A DNA stretch of 64,000 bases, from contig NC_043002.1 of the NCBI RefSeq assembly GCF_006345805.1, positions 96,162,001 to 96,226,000 of the forward strand, read 5' to 3'. Position numbers and translations under genes: made by a program. A model generated the notes under the pieces. It did not search any database. It saw nothing but the letters and a program-made list of their open reading frames with translations, and had not been told where the DNA came from. Positions 40,396 through 53,628 of this stretch are shown in pieces; the stretch's first letter is position 1, and every line of letters begins with the position of its first letter. The stretch is from Octopus sinensis. Taxonomy: Eukaryota.

Positions 40396-42234
40396 CAACC
40401 ATGCATACTGCTGTCACTGTGACTAGCATTTATGAGGCTACCTCATAAATTGCTAAACAGAAAAGAATAAAAAAGACAAAACCTCTCATGATTAAAAGTG
40501 TGTGTGTGTGTGTGGGGGGGGATATTAGAGAGGTCAAGGTGACACCAACACATAAATTTTTTATTATAGTTGCTGTTTTATTTTATTCTTTTCAATTTAT
40601 TCAAAATGAAGTTAAGTATCTAGCTTAAAGAGAGCAGTTATTTCAATTTGTTTACACCTAGTTTAATAGAGGCACAAACACAGATATCATCATCATTATC
40701 GTTTAATGTCCGCCTTCCATACAGGCATGGGCTGAACAAATTGACAGGAGTGGGCCAGGTAGAAGACTTCCCTAGGCTACTGAGTCTCTTTTGGCAGGGT
40801 TATTCAGCTGGATACCCTTTCTAACATCAACCACTCTGCAGTGCTAACTGAGTGCTTTGTACGTGGCACCAGCACAAGCAAGGTTAGTTTTGGCATGATT
40901 TTTACAGCTGGATGCCCTTTCAAATACCAACCACTTTACAGTGTGGGCACAAACACACACAATTATGAGATTTTAGGTTCCATCTCACCATGTGAAACTT
41001 GAACAAGTGTCTTCCACAATATCTTCAGGCTGACCAATGCATTCTATGTAAATTTAGCACATGGTAACTGTATAGAAGCCCATTGTGTGTGTGTTATTGT
41101 TATCATCATCATTATTTAGTATCCATTCTCTATACTGGCATGGGCTGAATGGTTTGACAAGAGCTGGTAAGCCAGAGAGCTATGCCAAGTTTTGTTGTCT
41201 TTTTTGGCTTGGTTTCTTCAGTTGGATGTTCTTCCTAGTGTCAACCACTTTATTGTATGTACTTGGTGCTTTCTTCATGGCACCAGCAAAGTCCCCAAGT
41301 AACTTGCAAGACAAGATAAACTCTCCCTGACTGGGAGTGGAGTGTAGTATTGAGGGAGGTGGCTTTGTGCCCCTGTGATCAACTGGTACTTATTTTATCA
41401 ACGATGAAAGGCAAGGTCAACCTTTGCGGAATTTGAACTCAGAATGTAAGGACAGATGAAATGCCACTAAGCATTTTGCCCAGCATGCTAACATTTCTGT
41501 CAGATCACTGCCTTATCTTCTCTAAAATGTTGAAATATTGATGTCCAAGTTTGGTACAAGGCCAGCAATTTCAAGGGAGGAGTCAAGTTGATTACATCAA
41601 CTCCAGTACTCAACTGGTACTTATTTTATTGACCTTGAAAGGATGAACGGCAAAGTCCAACCTTGACAGAATTTGAACTCAGAATGTGAAGATGGACAAA
41701 ACACCACTAAGCATTCCAGCCAGCATGCTAACAGTTCTGCCAGCTCACTGCCTTATCTTCTCTGAAATATTGATACCAATATTTGTTGCAATATTCTTTC
41801 ATTCTTTCACTTGTTTCAGTTATTTGACTGCAGCCAGGCTGGAGCACCACCTTGAAGGGTTTTAGTCAAAGAAATTGGCCCCAGGACATATTCTATGTAA
41901 TTCAAATACTTATTCTATTGATTACTTTTGCCGAACCACTAAGTTATGGGGAAATAAACACACCAGTATCAGTTGTCAAGTGATGGCGGTAGGACAAACA
42001 GACACACACATATAAATATATACATATATATATACGTATCGACAGGCTTCTTTCAGTTTTCATCTACCAAATCTACTCAGAAGGCTTTGGTCGGCCTGAG
42101 GCTTTAGTAGAAGACACTTGCCCAAGGTGCCATGCAGTAGGTTTGAACCCAGAACCATGTGGTTGGTAAGCAAGCTTCTTACCACACAGCCATATCTGTT
42201 ATTAACTGCATTTTTTTTCTACTTCTTTTTATAG

Positions 42235-42346
42235 GATAAGTAAATTACTCAACGGTAATTATTTCAACAAATCTCAGGAAGCCAGCATAACCAGGCACAT
42301 GACCAAAGCATTAGAGATGGCAAAAGTTGGGAAAAGTAATAATGAG
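42235..42346 (+). CDS. ADAT3: ADAT3 coding exon 5
   Basis: T-rich acceptor atAG. Reads (R)ISKLLNGNYFNKSQEASITRHMTKALEMAKVGKSNNE. Donor GTAATC (phase 0). Phases fit both neighbours. Confidence 0.87.
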
Positions 42347-42380
42347 GTAATCAACACTTATACTATTTCTTTATTTCAAA

Positions 42381-42777
42381 CTAGCAGTATCGCCCGGCGT
42401 TGCTCGGGTTTGTAAGGGAAATAACTATATAAGCATTTTTAGAGAGTTATAGCCAAAAAATAGCAAAAAAAATGCATTAAAAATGGGAAAAAAATTATGG
42501 TAAATTTTTTTTTAAATCGTTGACTCATCGTAGACATTTTTAGAGAGTTATTTCCCTTATATAATAGCGAAAAAAATACATTAAAATGGGAAAAAATGAT
42601 GGTAAATTTTTTTTAAATCGTAGACTCATCGTAGATGCGCGCTAATACCCAGAAGGGCTCGATATGAATCACGACTATAAGATACCCGGTTTTGGTTAAA
42701 CTGCACCGCAAAATGTGGGAGTAGTTAGGAATCTAAATTGTAGGAGACACACACAACTTGACTTTTATATATAAAGA
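42381..42777 (-). mobile_element. Non-autonomous Helitron
   Basis: On the minus strand: 5' TC(TTTATATATAAAAG), 3' hairpin CCCGAGCAACGCCGGG then CTAG, inserted between A and T. Contains an internal ~110-bp duplication. Lies 35 bp after the exon-5 donor. Confidence 0.88.
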
Positions 42778-45700
42778 TTAAAATCTTTTTCTTTTCTCAT
42801 TTCCTATTTCCTTGAACTCTTATGAAAATTTTTCCTGTTTGCCATCTAATGTATTTAGTAGAAGCTACTGACAAATAAACAAAACCAAGCCAACCAATGT
42901 TTACTGTTAGTTGACATCTTGAAGAAAGAAATATTTAATACACACACATGCATGTGTGTATGTGTGTGTGTGTATACTAGTATACATGTAGGGAGGCTGT
43001 TCGGGTTCTAGTAAAGAATAAGAGAGAAAGGTGCTAGGGCATGATCTGGAAGGTAGAGGTTAAGTATTATTTGAAGGAAAAAGATCACTAGTTAGAAGCC
43101 ATACATAATGCATGTGGACCACGTTTAGGATTTTGAAAAACATTAAAGGAAGGAAATAATAACAGGGAAAAACCTTACAGACATGCACACACATTTGCAC
43201 ACATTCATAGAGGACATCATCATCCCCACCCCATCATCATCATTATCATCATTGTTGTCATCATTTTTACATCTGTTTTTCCATGGATTGGATGGGTTTC
43301 ACCACTTGTAGTGTTTTGTTATTTTCTAGACATTCAGCCTTTTGAAATCAACTTTCACCATGTCTTCTCAGGTCCCCTTCAGTGTTTCCCTTCTACTCGT
43401 TCTATCTGCTTGTATTTCTTGATACCTTTTTATCCAACTGTTGTCCTCCATATGTATCACATGTTTATATTAGTTCAGTCGTTTACACTATATCTGATTA
43501 CTTTTATACCTAATTTTCTCTCAACTTACTTGTGGTCTGTTAATCATGCACATAAACATTACACATCCAATGGAACATGTCCACTTTAGTTCTTTGTAGT
43601 GAAGGCACATGGCTTAGCAGTTAGGCTCACAATCATACAGCCATGAGATCAATAACCAGCAGTGTACTATGTCCTTGTGCAAGATACTTTATTTCACATT
43701 ACTTCAGTCCACTCAGATAAATAGTGCCTGTATTTCAAAGGGTCAGCCTTGTCACATTCTGTGTCATGCTACATCTCTCTGAGAATTATGTTAAGGTTAC
43801 ATGTGTCTGTGGAATGCACTACTATTTGCACGTTAATTTCATGAGCAGGCTGTTCCGTTGATCAGATCAACCGGAACCCTCATCGTCATAGCCAACAGAG
43901 TGCCATTTAGATTTTTTCGTAGCTTTTGCACAACTTCTGCATTCACTACTACTGTACAGCATTGCAATTAGTTCACAAGCTCCATACAATCTATCCTTCA
44001 CTAAGAGAGACAATTCATTGTTGTCAGCAGAAGTAATAGTTCTCCCAACATTTTTATCTCAGTCTTATTCTAACTGCTCTACTTTCAGAGCCTTGTGTCT
44101 ACTGCTAATTTGATCACATGATTAGGCAATGGAAGTTGTTGACTATTTCTAAAGAGCCTTCTGAATATATTTTAAAGATGCTTTTAATGCTAACTATTTC
44201 TGTGCATCTATTACATATGAAATCTATGTCTATTCTGTCAATCTGTCTGTGATCCCCCTGCATTTCTTGTGCAGCTATAGTTCATGTTTCTTTCACATTA
44301 GAGAGTATCTATGTCATCATTTTCTTCATATTGAACATGGCCATCTCACTGGATACAGTAGAGTCCTGTTTTCTTTCCTGATAATTAGAAACAGTGTAAT
44401 ATAATTCTTATTCATACAGATAGTTGCATATAAATGTAGACTTGGCAAGATATATAATTCATGCATGCACCATATTTCCATCAGTTGAATGAATGCCAGC
44501 AAAGTGTTGAGACAGTAAAGTTGAACACTAAATTTCAACTCTGAAAATATGTAACTTTTTAAATTTCTATCTCAGTGGCTTACTATTCCTTGAAATCTCC
44601 AGCTACCCACTCACCCTTTTATCCAATCCACAACTTTAGAGCTGCCACAGCCTATGCAAGCACTATGAGAGGCCCAGAGAGATTGTTGAAATGCTAGAGT
44701 AAAGGCAAGTATGTGGGATGTATGTTGTGTGCAGAAGGTAAGATGGAGGGGAACCTGAACCAAACTTCTCACAGGCAAGGATCAAATATATAATTCTTCT
44801 GGATAGGCTGTGAGGAGTATATGAGTGTTGTAGACAGTTTATTGACAGAAACGAGTAGATAAAGTGATCAATTTTAGTCAGAATAGTAGGATAATTAAGC
44901 TTTGACCAGTCTTGCATAATACTACAGTGACATTTACCTCTGCATTCATTCCACAGTCTTAACTAGTAGATAAGGACAGCTTCTATGAGCCTATCATTCA
45001 GACTACCTCAGTGACAAATGACTGTAACATTATTATTGTGGCTGATGACTTCAACAGATATGTTGGGCAGTGCTCTGACGGATTCTAAGGTGTGCATGGA
45101 AGCTACAAACTGTGGTTCAAAGGACTGAGAAAGAACTAAGCTTCTGGAGTGCTGTGAGGCAAATGACTTAATGATCTGCAACATTAAGAAAGCAGCCAAC
45201 CATCTGATCATTTATCAATATGTAGAACAGATGAAACTTCATTCTCTCCAGGAAATGGGATAGACAAATGATTGTGAATATGAAGTCTTTTCTTAGTGGA
45301 GAATGTACAACCCGACATAGGTTATTGGTTAATGACAATAGGTTTAGAGCTAGATGAACTGATCTGGAAAAGGAAGATCTGGAAACTGAAAAATTCATTG
45401 AACAGTTAGAAATTTAAAGAAGGACTAGTTGAAGCACTTGATGAAAGTAGTGAGGAAATAGAGATGCTTAGCATAGAGGATAACTGGAAGTTCCTATAGG
45501 AAATTTGCCCATTGTTACAGACTAAATCTGTGGCTAGTGCACAGTTTCAGCCAGAGCGAGAGTGACATAGTGGTGGAACAATGAGGTAGACAAAGCTATA
45601 AAAGTGAAGCAACAGGCTTGGGAAAATTGGAAGAAAAGGTGTAGCAGAAAATTATACTAGAATGGAAAACTGGGTGACAGGTTTATTTTGCAAGGGAAGA

Positions 45701-48688
45701 AGTAAACATAAGAGGTTTACCAGTATTCAGCTGTTTAAGGATTAGAGGTATGAGTCTTCTGCATTAGAAGGCAATGTACTGGAAATAATTGAAACATGGG
45801 TAAGAAGTGTGTAATGGATGGATAATGGTACACTTACATTTAATGATTCTGTAAAGGAAGAGGTATGCTACTATGAAAGGCTATTAAATGTAGAGAATGT
45901 GTGAAAGAAAGAGGGTCTTCCCAGTGCAGACCCACTTCTATTGACATACACCCCACATTCTTGTTCACTATTCTTTACTTCATCCCCAACCCTATTTTTT
46001 ACCATTTCACACTACCTCTGCAACCCTGCAGCTTTTATCTACATACTCTTCCTGATCTGTCCTCTCACTCTCTTCTGTTCCCTTGAGGGTATGCTTTGAC
46101 ACCTTATTGCCACCATATTCATCTCTCTTTCTGGCTGCACACCATCTACTTCTATCCACCTGTATATAACATAGTCATTAATCACTTCTTCCACAAAAAA
46201 CCTGTTCCTGTCCCTTCTGTCATATGTTCTGCCCTCAATAAAACCTCCTTCTCACTACTATTCTCCCTCTCAGTTGAATAGGCTCTTTAGTCTTATGACA
46301 TGCTGACCTCACTTGTCCTGGGCTCTGAAAAAAGCACCCAGTACCCTCTATAAATTGTTGGTGTTAGAAAAGACACCCAGTTGTAGAAACTGTTGAAGTA
46401 AGATATGGTCTTCTAACACATTGGATCCTGTAGAACCATTCCACCCATGCCAGCATAGAAAGCTGATGTGAAATGATGATAGTGGCAGCAGAGATAATAC
46501 GTATGTACATTTGGACATTTGATAGGTGACATGGTTACTGTGTTGAGTGGGTTGGTCTTCATTAATTTTTACCTGGCATGTTTTTTTTTATTCATTGTTT
46601 GAAATAATTCCTACCATCATTTTATCCCAAAATAAAACATTTTCTAACCAACAGCTTTTTTTTTTATTTTGCCTACATTTTCTTTCTTTTTTTTATTATA
46701 AAGGATGTTTTTAAAATGAAATACCTTGAATTTATGAATTTGTAGATACCAAAATTACTTAGTTTATATTTTCATTGTGTAATCTCAGATGTTTATGTTG
46801 AACATTGTCATGTGTTAAATGTTTAAATATTTGAGACAAGTCATTGTTATCTAGGGTGTATATTTACATTTATCCTCAACTACATCACTATGTAGGTCAA
46901 TCTACTCTAGCAGAATGCTGTATTTGATATAAAATATATTTCTCACTCAGATGTATTTTGCTTGCTGCTGATTCAGTTATGATGATGTCATTTGATTAAT
47001 TTATTGATTTGTTGCTTAAAGTAACTCACCAAACAACTGCTTTCAACCAACCACTAACCAATATTTGCTTTTAACACCATATTATTTGTTTTTGACTAAT
47101 AACAATCTGTATTAATTTTTGGTACCAAGCTTAGAATCTCTAGTGTTGGAGCCCTGTTTTGATTACAAAAAAAAAAAAATTAATACTGATGAATTTCACT
47201 ACCCCCACCAGAGAGAACTGTGGTTTCTAAATGACTCCAAACCACTTTTCCTCAACCCTCAACTATTTCTTTATCCTTTTCACACATACACTTCGAAATT
47301 ATAGTTCAGTATGATTTTTTTGATAAGTGATGAACTCCTGATGCCTTCTGAATTATTGCCAAACAAGTTTTAATACATTTCATTTATCGGAACACAATTT
47401 CTTTGACTGAGCATTTTAAATATTTTCTGAATGTAACTGGTTAGTTTGTGCAACCTTTGCATTAACCTAGTTAAATGTTATAAAGTATCTTAAATAGATT
47501 TTGAGATCCATTTCTGTGTTGGAATTATTTTCCTCCTCATCCTCAGCCTCATCTGCCTCCACCTTCCTCAACCAAATAACTTTACTGAGCACGTTGCAAC
47601 TGAATCAGTGTAGGTAAAGATGCCTCTCATTTACTTGACAATTTATGCACCACATTGCAGAAATCACAATCTATCTCAAAGCAAACTCTTACACTTTTGT
47701 ACCATTGAATTACAAATAATGCTCATCTTTTATGCTCGGGTGACCCTACAGCTTCCAAGAGTACAACTGTGTTCGTCTTTGCTTAGATAAAAGGACTAAA
47801 TTGTGGGTGTTAAGTCCCCATGAAGGGGTCTTTCTAACTTCATACAGGCATAGCGTGGATTCAATCCTCGATTGCCAAATTTCACTTAACACTTCAACAG
47901 TGCTTTTCTCATGGTAAAACAATAGTTTTTACCACTTGACCCTTCTAACCTTTTCTAGGCCACCACTGGCTGGAATGGAGATAACAGACCCCAATGAAAT
48001 CATTTGTTCTCAACAATATGTCTATCCTTCTTGCTGCTTTTCAATAGTTATAAAAACAAGAACTCCGTAAGCTAAAAGCAGTTACTGAGAGCGACCATCA
48101 GTGAGTGTGAACGTTATTATTGCACTTTCTTCAAACACTTCATTCATATATGTATATAACCTGTCACCAACCTCCGACAATCTTTGTCACCAACCTCTGA
48201 AAACCTCTCTCACCAACCTCCAACAATCTCTCCCTCCTTCAGCTGACGGAAAATACATCTTTTGTGGCAGTTATAATGAAATTGCTTTCTTATATCAGAG
48301 TAGTAAGGCATTTCAATAGAACATCTTTAGCCCCAGGAATTACCGGGTACACCAGCTAGCATATACAAATGTGCAGACATATATGTGAGATAATAGTTTC
48401 ACTTTAACAGTTTCAGTATTATTAGTGAACCTATTAAAGTGAAAGTATTAGACATTACGATAGAAAGATGTTATTGTTTCACTTTTGAGACGTAATACTG
48501 AAATAGTGGAAAGTATAAGACATTGCTTTGGGCTCGCATTAGGCAAGAAGTTGAAATTTTTTTTGGCCCATGACACTACATGGACCCTAAGTAAGGCATG
48601 TGTAAAATTTGAATGAAATTGGTTGTGTAGTTCTCGAGTTTTAGGGATGATTCACACAGACAGACAGACAGTCACACATTCTCATCTT

Positions 48689-48720
<32 letters not shown>

Positions 48721-49006
48721 TATATATATAGATAGGTAGATAGATAGATAGACTAGACAGACAGACAGAGATCGTGTGTGTGTAGTGCCAGTGTCATAGA
48801 AAAAAAGCACCTGTATGTTAGGTTGGTCTTAGGAAGGGCATCAAGATGTAGAAATTATGCCAAAGCTGACATTGGGGCCTGACACAGCTTTGTGGTTCAA
48901 GAGATCCTGTCAAACCATACAACCCATACCAGCATGAAAAATCAGATATTAAATGATGATGACGATGATGATGATGATCTATGTATGTATTTCTGTTATG
49001 TTTTAG

Positions 49007-49166
49007 CGTGCAGTTGGAGCTGTCATTGTTGATCCAGCCTGTGATGCAGTCGTTGCTGCAGCTCATGATTTGCGTTGCCAATCTGGTCATTTCCTGAAAC
49101 ATGCTGTCATGCTGTGTGTAGATTTAGTTGCTCGTTCTCAAGGAGGGGGAATTTGGAAGCCACAAG
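49007..49166 (+). CDS. ADAT3: ADAT3 coding exon 6 (deaminase domain, HAV motif)
   Basis: Reads [48 protein letters not shown]. Acceptor ttttAG, donor GTGATA (phase 1). Confidence 0.93.
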
Positions 49167-49418
49167 GTGATACATCCTTATTTAACTTCCATTTTTCTTA
49201 TATTATGTTTTTCTGTTTCATTATTACTATTTTTTTTTTTACATGCATTCAGCTAACAGCAAGACATTATATACTTACTTCAAATGTCATAGGATTACAA
49301 TTAATAATTCAGTCATTCACAAAGTAGTATTTCTTTTTTTCTTTTTTTTAAATATTTGAATTGCATTTCTGTGAGGGATACCACCACCCCGCAAAAAATG
49401 GTAAAAATTTGTAATAGG

Positions 49419-49820
49419 CGTAGGAGTGGCTGTGTGGCAAGTAGCTTGCTTACCAACCACATGGTTTCAGGTTCCATCTCACTGCATGGCACCTTGGGTG
49501 GGCAAGTGTCTTCTACTATAGCCTCAGGCCAACCAAAGCCTTGTGAGTGGATTTGGTAGACGGAAACTGAAAGAAGCTCGTTGTATATATGTATGTATGT
49601 ATATATATATGTATGTATGTGTGTGTGTGTCTGTTTGTCTCCCCAACATCACTTACAACCGATGCTGGTGTGTTTACGTCCCCGTAACTTAGTGGTTCGG
49701 CAAAAGAGACCAATAAAATAAGTACTAGGCTTACAAAGAATAAGTCCTAGAGTCGATTTGCTCGACTAAAGGCAATGCTCCAGCATGGCCACGGTCAAAT
49801 GACTGAAACAAGTAAAAGTG
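49419..49820 (+). repeat. tRNA-headed SINE (gtggctgtgtggtaagtagcttgcttaccaaccacatgg family)
   Basis: Other copies at about 41800-42190 (-), 33430-33600 (-) and 63652-63975 (+). Confidence 0.75.
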
Positions 49821-50089
49821 TAAAGAGTAATATTATTCTGTTTGTTATGATTCCTTTGAGTGTTATGCTTTTAGCAATCTTTATAAGAAACAAAATCAAC
49901 AGCATAACTGAAATATTTAACACAGTGAAGCAAGTTTCAGTGTTAAGCTTTTAACGACTTTAACTATGCAATGAAACCAGAGACACTATCAAAATCATAC
50001 ACATAGCCAAAAAAATGTTTATAAAGATCTATTTCTCGTAAATACAAATACACTACCAATTTTTCTGGCAACTAATGATGTGGTACATC

Positions 50090-50507
50090 GGATCTTTTCG
50101 GTTTGAACGGCAGTTTTTTCTAGCGGTGTCATATGAAATTGTCACCCATAATTATGACCCTAGTATCGATCTATTGCATTTCAATCTGTTTTAGGGTTAG
50201 GGTTAGGGGTGGGGGAAGGGTATCTTCTTTTTCTTCACAAATGTAAATAAACCCAATCTGTTTCTTAAACGAGGGACATATTCATATGGCACAGAATGTT
50301 TTTTTTACCTCAATGGACGACACTGATTGATTGAAATTGCAGAAATTGAAGAAAAAAACAACAAATATCTTACAAACTATAGAACTTTCTCAATAAAGCC
50401 AAGAGAGAAAGATGTTTTATGAACACATTCTACCAGTATACGAAGTTTAAAGCTTCTTAGTTACCTAGAAATTATGTTAAAAATTGCCGTTCAAACCGAA
50501 AAGATCT
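50090..50507. mobile_element. Same MITE family (copy 2) with 8-9 bp TSD
   Basis: Flanked by GGTACATC at 50082-89 and 50508-15 (9 bp TGGTACATC if the last C of the TIR was lost). Confidence 0.9.
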
Positions 50508-50614
50508 GGTACATCATTTAGAATGACTATAATAATCCTTTCTGCTATAGGCACATGGCCTGAAAGTTCGGGAAGGGGATAGTTGATTACATCGACCCCC
50601 ACTACTCAACTGTC

Positions 50615-51035
50615 TAGCAACAGGATTTTGCACCATGCCACATGAGCAGGAGAACCAAGTCATGGTTGTCAGATAATTTCTCCTAACATCTGGCCACCTA
50701 ACTCCCCAGACTGCAACCCCCTTGATTATTATGTGTGGGGCACAGCTGAGCAAGAGACCAACAAAACTTCTTGTAACACCAAAGATGAACTGCAGGCAAA
50801 GATTATGACAACATTCATCAACTTAAACAAGGAGACTGTCCAGAAGAGCAGCAGGAGATTCCGAAGTCATCTGGAGGCCGTACATGAAGCCAATGGCAGT
50901 TTTATTGAATAAATTTACTCTTTAGTATTTCAAGATATTTTTATGTAATTTTGGTAAATATATCTGTTGAAATGAGATGTCAGTGTTATTTTCATTTTTG
51001 TGTAATTTAGACAGCAATTTATTCACTGCACCCTG
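50615..51035 (+). mobile_element. Tc1/mariner transposase 3' relic with right TIR
   Basis: QQDFAPCH...WPPNSPDCNPLDYYVWG...HLEAVHEANGSFIE*. Ends ...GCACCCTG followed by TA. Confidence 0.85.
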
Positions 51036-51039
51036 TACA

Positions 51040-51084
<45 letters not shown>

Positions 51085-51111
51085 GCATGCACGCATGCAT
51101 GCACACACACA

Positions 51112-51166
<55 letters not shown>

Positions 51167-52645
51167 TACATACATACATACATTAAAAGAGCTGCTTGAA
51201 ATGGCCATAATGAATTGATACCTGTATATATTTGTTACTTATTTTCATACATACACACACACACACACACATATACTGAACTGTTCAGAAATTTACAGTT
51301 ACTCAACCTGAATTACAAGTTCAGATTTATACCCATAATTATTGGGGTACTTGGATGTGTAACAAACTGCCTAAGTACCAATTTTGAGAAATTAGGCTTC
51401 TCAAAACCAGAAAGGAGAAAGCTAATTAGAATGTTGCAGATACAAGCCATCAGTGGAAGTATCAAAATTTGTAAAACTTTCCGAAAGTTTAGCATTTAAG
51501 TATATGTGAGCATGTCTAGATATGCAAGTAGATGCATGAGGATACATACATATAGCAAAGCATACACATATGCACATGCACTCACTTAAATATTGTACAT
51601 ATACTCACAGAAATGCACAAATACCTTGTTGATGTTTAACAATACCTTGTTGGATCTCAATTAGAAACTGGCTCTTTCTCTACTGGCAAGAAATCTTGAA
51701 ATAAAATTGAACAGTAACATACAGATCTCCACAGATATTTGTGGAAGTCTATTTTCTGTACATTTTTAGTGTTTATTGTACCTGCATAATATTTGGGTCA
51801 ATATGTCTCGGGTGAATATAGCAAATATTGTTCTATAATGGGGTCAATTTAGTCAACTAGTCTCTCTTCTCTTATTAATTCAAATAAAAAAACCATTGAC
51901 TGGAATAGGTGCATTGGCCTAAATTTCTTACAATATTTATGCTAGTCTATATTCTGTAATCAAATACCTATTTCTTTACTACCCACAAGGGGCTAAACAC
52001 AGAGGGCACAAACAAGGACAGACAAACGGATTAAGTCAATTAGATCGACCCCAGTGCGTAACTGGTACTTAATTTATCGACCCCGAAAGGATGAAAGGCA
52101 GAGTCGACCTCGGCGGAATTTGAACTCAGAACGCAGTGGCGGACGAAATACCTATTTCTTTATTACCCACAAGGGGCTAAACACAGAGGGGACAAACAAG
52201 GACAGACATAGGTATTAAGTCGATTACATCGACCCCAGTGCGTAACTGGTACTTAATTTATCGACCCCGAAAGGATGAAAGGCAAAGTCGACCTCGCCTG
52301 GCGGACGAAATACCGCAAAGCATTTTGCCCGGCATGCTAACGTTTCTGCCAGCTCGCCGCCTGTAATCAAATACCATTTGTGTTTTCATTGCCTTTCATT
52401 ACTCTGGAGTAGTTAAAAAATTACAAAGCCTAATTGATTGACCCTACTCCTCCTTTACAAAAATTGTGTTTGTGTTTATTTAAGATATCATTATTAAACC
52501 TATCACTTCATCGTTTTAATTCTGTTGTGCTACAGTCATGTTTCATATTCTTGGATTTGTTCTGCCATGTTCCTGGCAGTAAAATCTAGTTTTGGTGTTG
52601 AAAAATATTTACTTTCTTATAAATTAATTACCAATTTATTTTCAG

Positions 52646-52760
52646 GCTCAATGGAATATTTAGCAATCTCAGATGTAACAGGAGACAACACAAAGACAGA
52701 TTCTCAGCCATATCTGTGCACAGGTTATGATCTTTATGTTACCCAAGAACCTTGTATTAT
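52646..52760 (+). CDS. ADAT3: ADAT3 coding exon 7 (gene continues beyond window)
   Basis: Reads (G)SMEYLAISD...PYLCTGYDLYVTQEPCI(M), with the EPC of the PCxxC zinc motif. Donor GTAAGT at 52761 (phase 2). No exon for the remaining C-terminus was found before 64000. Confidence 0.93.
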
Positions 52761-52787
52761 GTAAGTTGATGTCCTATAATATATCTA

Positions 52788-52854
<67 letters not shown>

Positions 52855-53615
52855 CATTATTGGTGAATTGAAGAAATGGAGCTGAACGCAGATTGAACAG
52901 AAATCGTTTTATTTCATTCTACACGTGTTTCGAAAGGCACAAATTACCAAAATCCGATTGAATAATGGGACCATATTGTGTCTTTCTCTTCAGGAAGAAA
53001 AAAGGAAATCCGTTGGAAAAACAAAAACAGAACAGAGGCGGAGCAAAAACAAAAACAAATCGAACTATGCTCCTAAGAGCCCATGGCGAAACTGTTTATC
53101 AGTGTATGTTGAGAACCGGTGGCTGAAGAATTCAACGGGTCAGGCATCGGTCAATCATGTGGGTGAGGGTGTATAGATGTTCTTTGTGACCGAGAATAAA
53201 GTTCTGACTATTTAAGGAATATTGGATGTTTTATAAGGGGCGAGAAAAAATCTACTTAGAGACGTGTGTGTGTGTATACTGTTCTATATATGTGTGTGTT
53301 GGCGTAGGGGTAGAAAATATTTTTTGTGTACGTGTGTGCGTTTGATCGTTCGGCTGTCAGTGGCTACTGCCGTGATAACCGTTGGGTGGCAGAAAGAAAA
53401 AAAATATATATATATTATGTTTTATGTGTGTGTGTGTTCATCTAAGCCTGCCTTGTCAAGGAAACCCCCCGCTGTGAAAAAACCAAGCCCCGTTTGTCTT
53501 ACAGGAGTAATTCCCCTTGCAGTGGTTAATCGTAGATATCTTAAAGGCTATTTCAGAATTTGTTACCAAGGGCTATGGGTGCCGGTATTATTTATAAACG
53601 CTATTTAAAAGCCAG
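52855..53615 (-). mobile_element. Putative Penelope-like 3' segment C carrying a hammerhead ribozyme
   Basis: Minus-strand HHR motif, then AATAAA, ending in a (TA)n/(GT)n microsatellite. No coding evidence, so the family call is inferred. Confidence 0.55.
52912..53000 (-). ncRNA. Minimal type-I hammerhead ribozyme (minus strand)
   Basis: Reverse complement reads TTTCTTC-CTGAAGA-GAAAG...CTTTC-GAAA-CACGTG-TA|GAATGAAA: intact core, G10.1:C11.1 pair, palindromic helix III, GUA cleavage site, helix I with one bulge. Confidence 0.8.
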
Positions 53616-53628
53616 ATAAGTGTAACGC

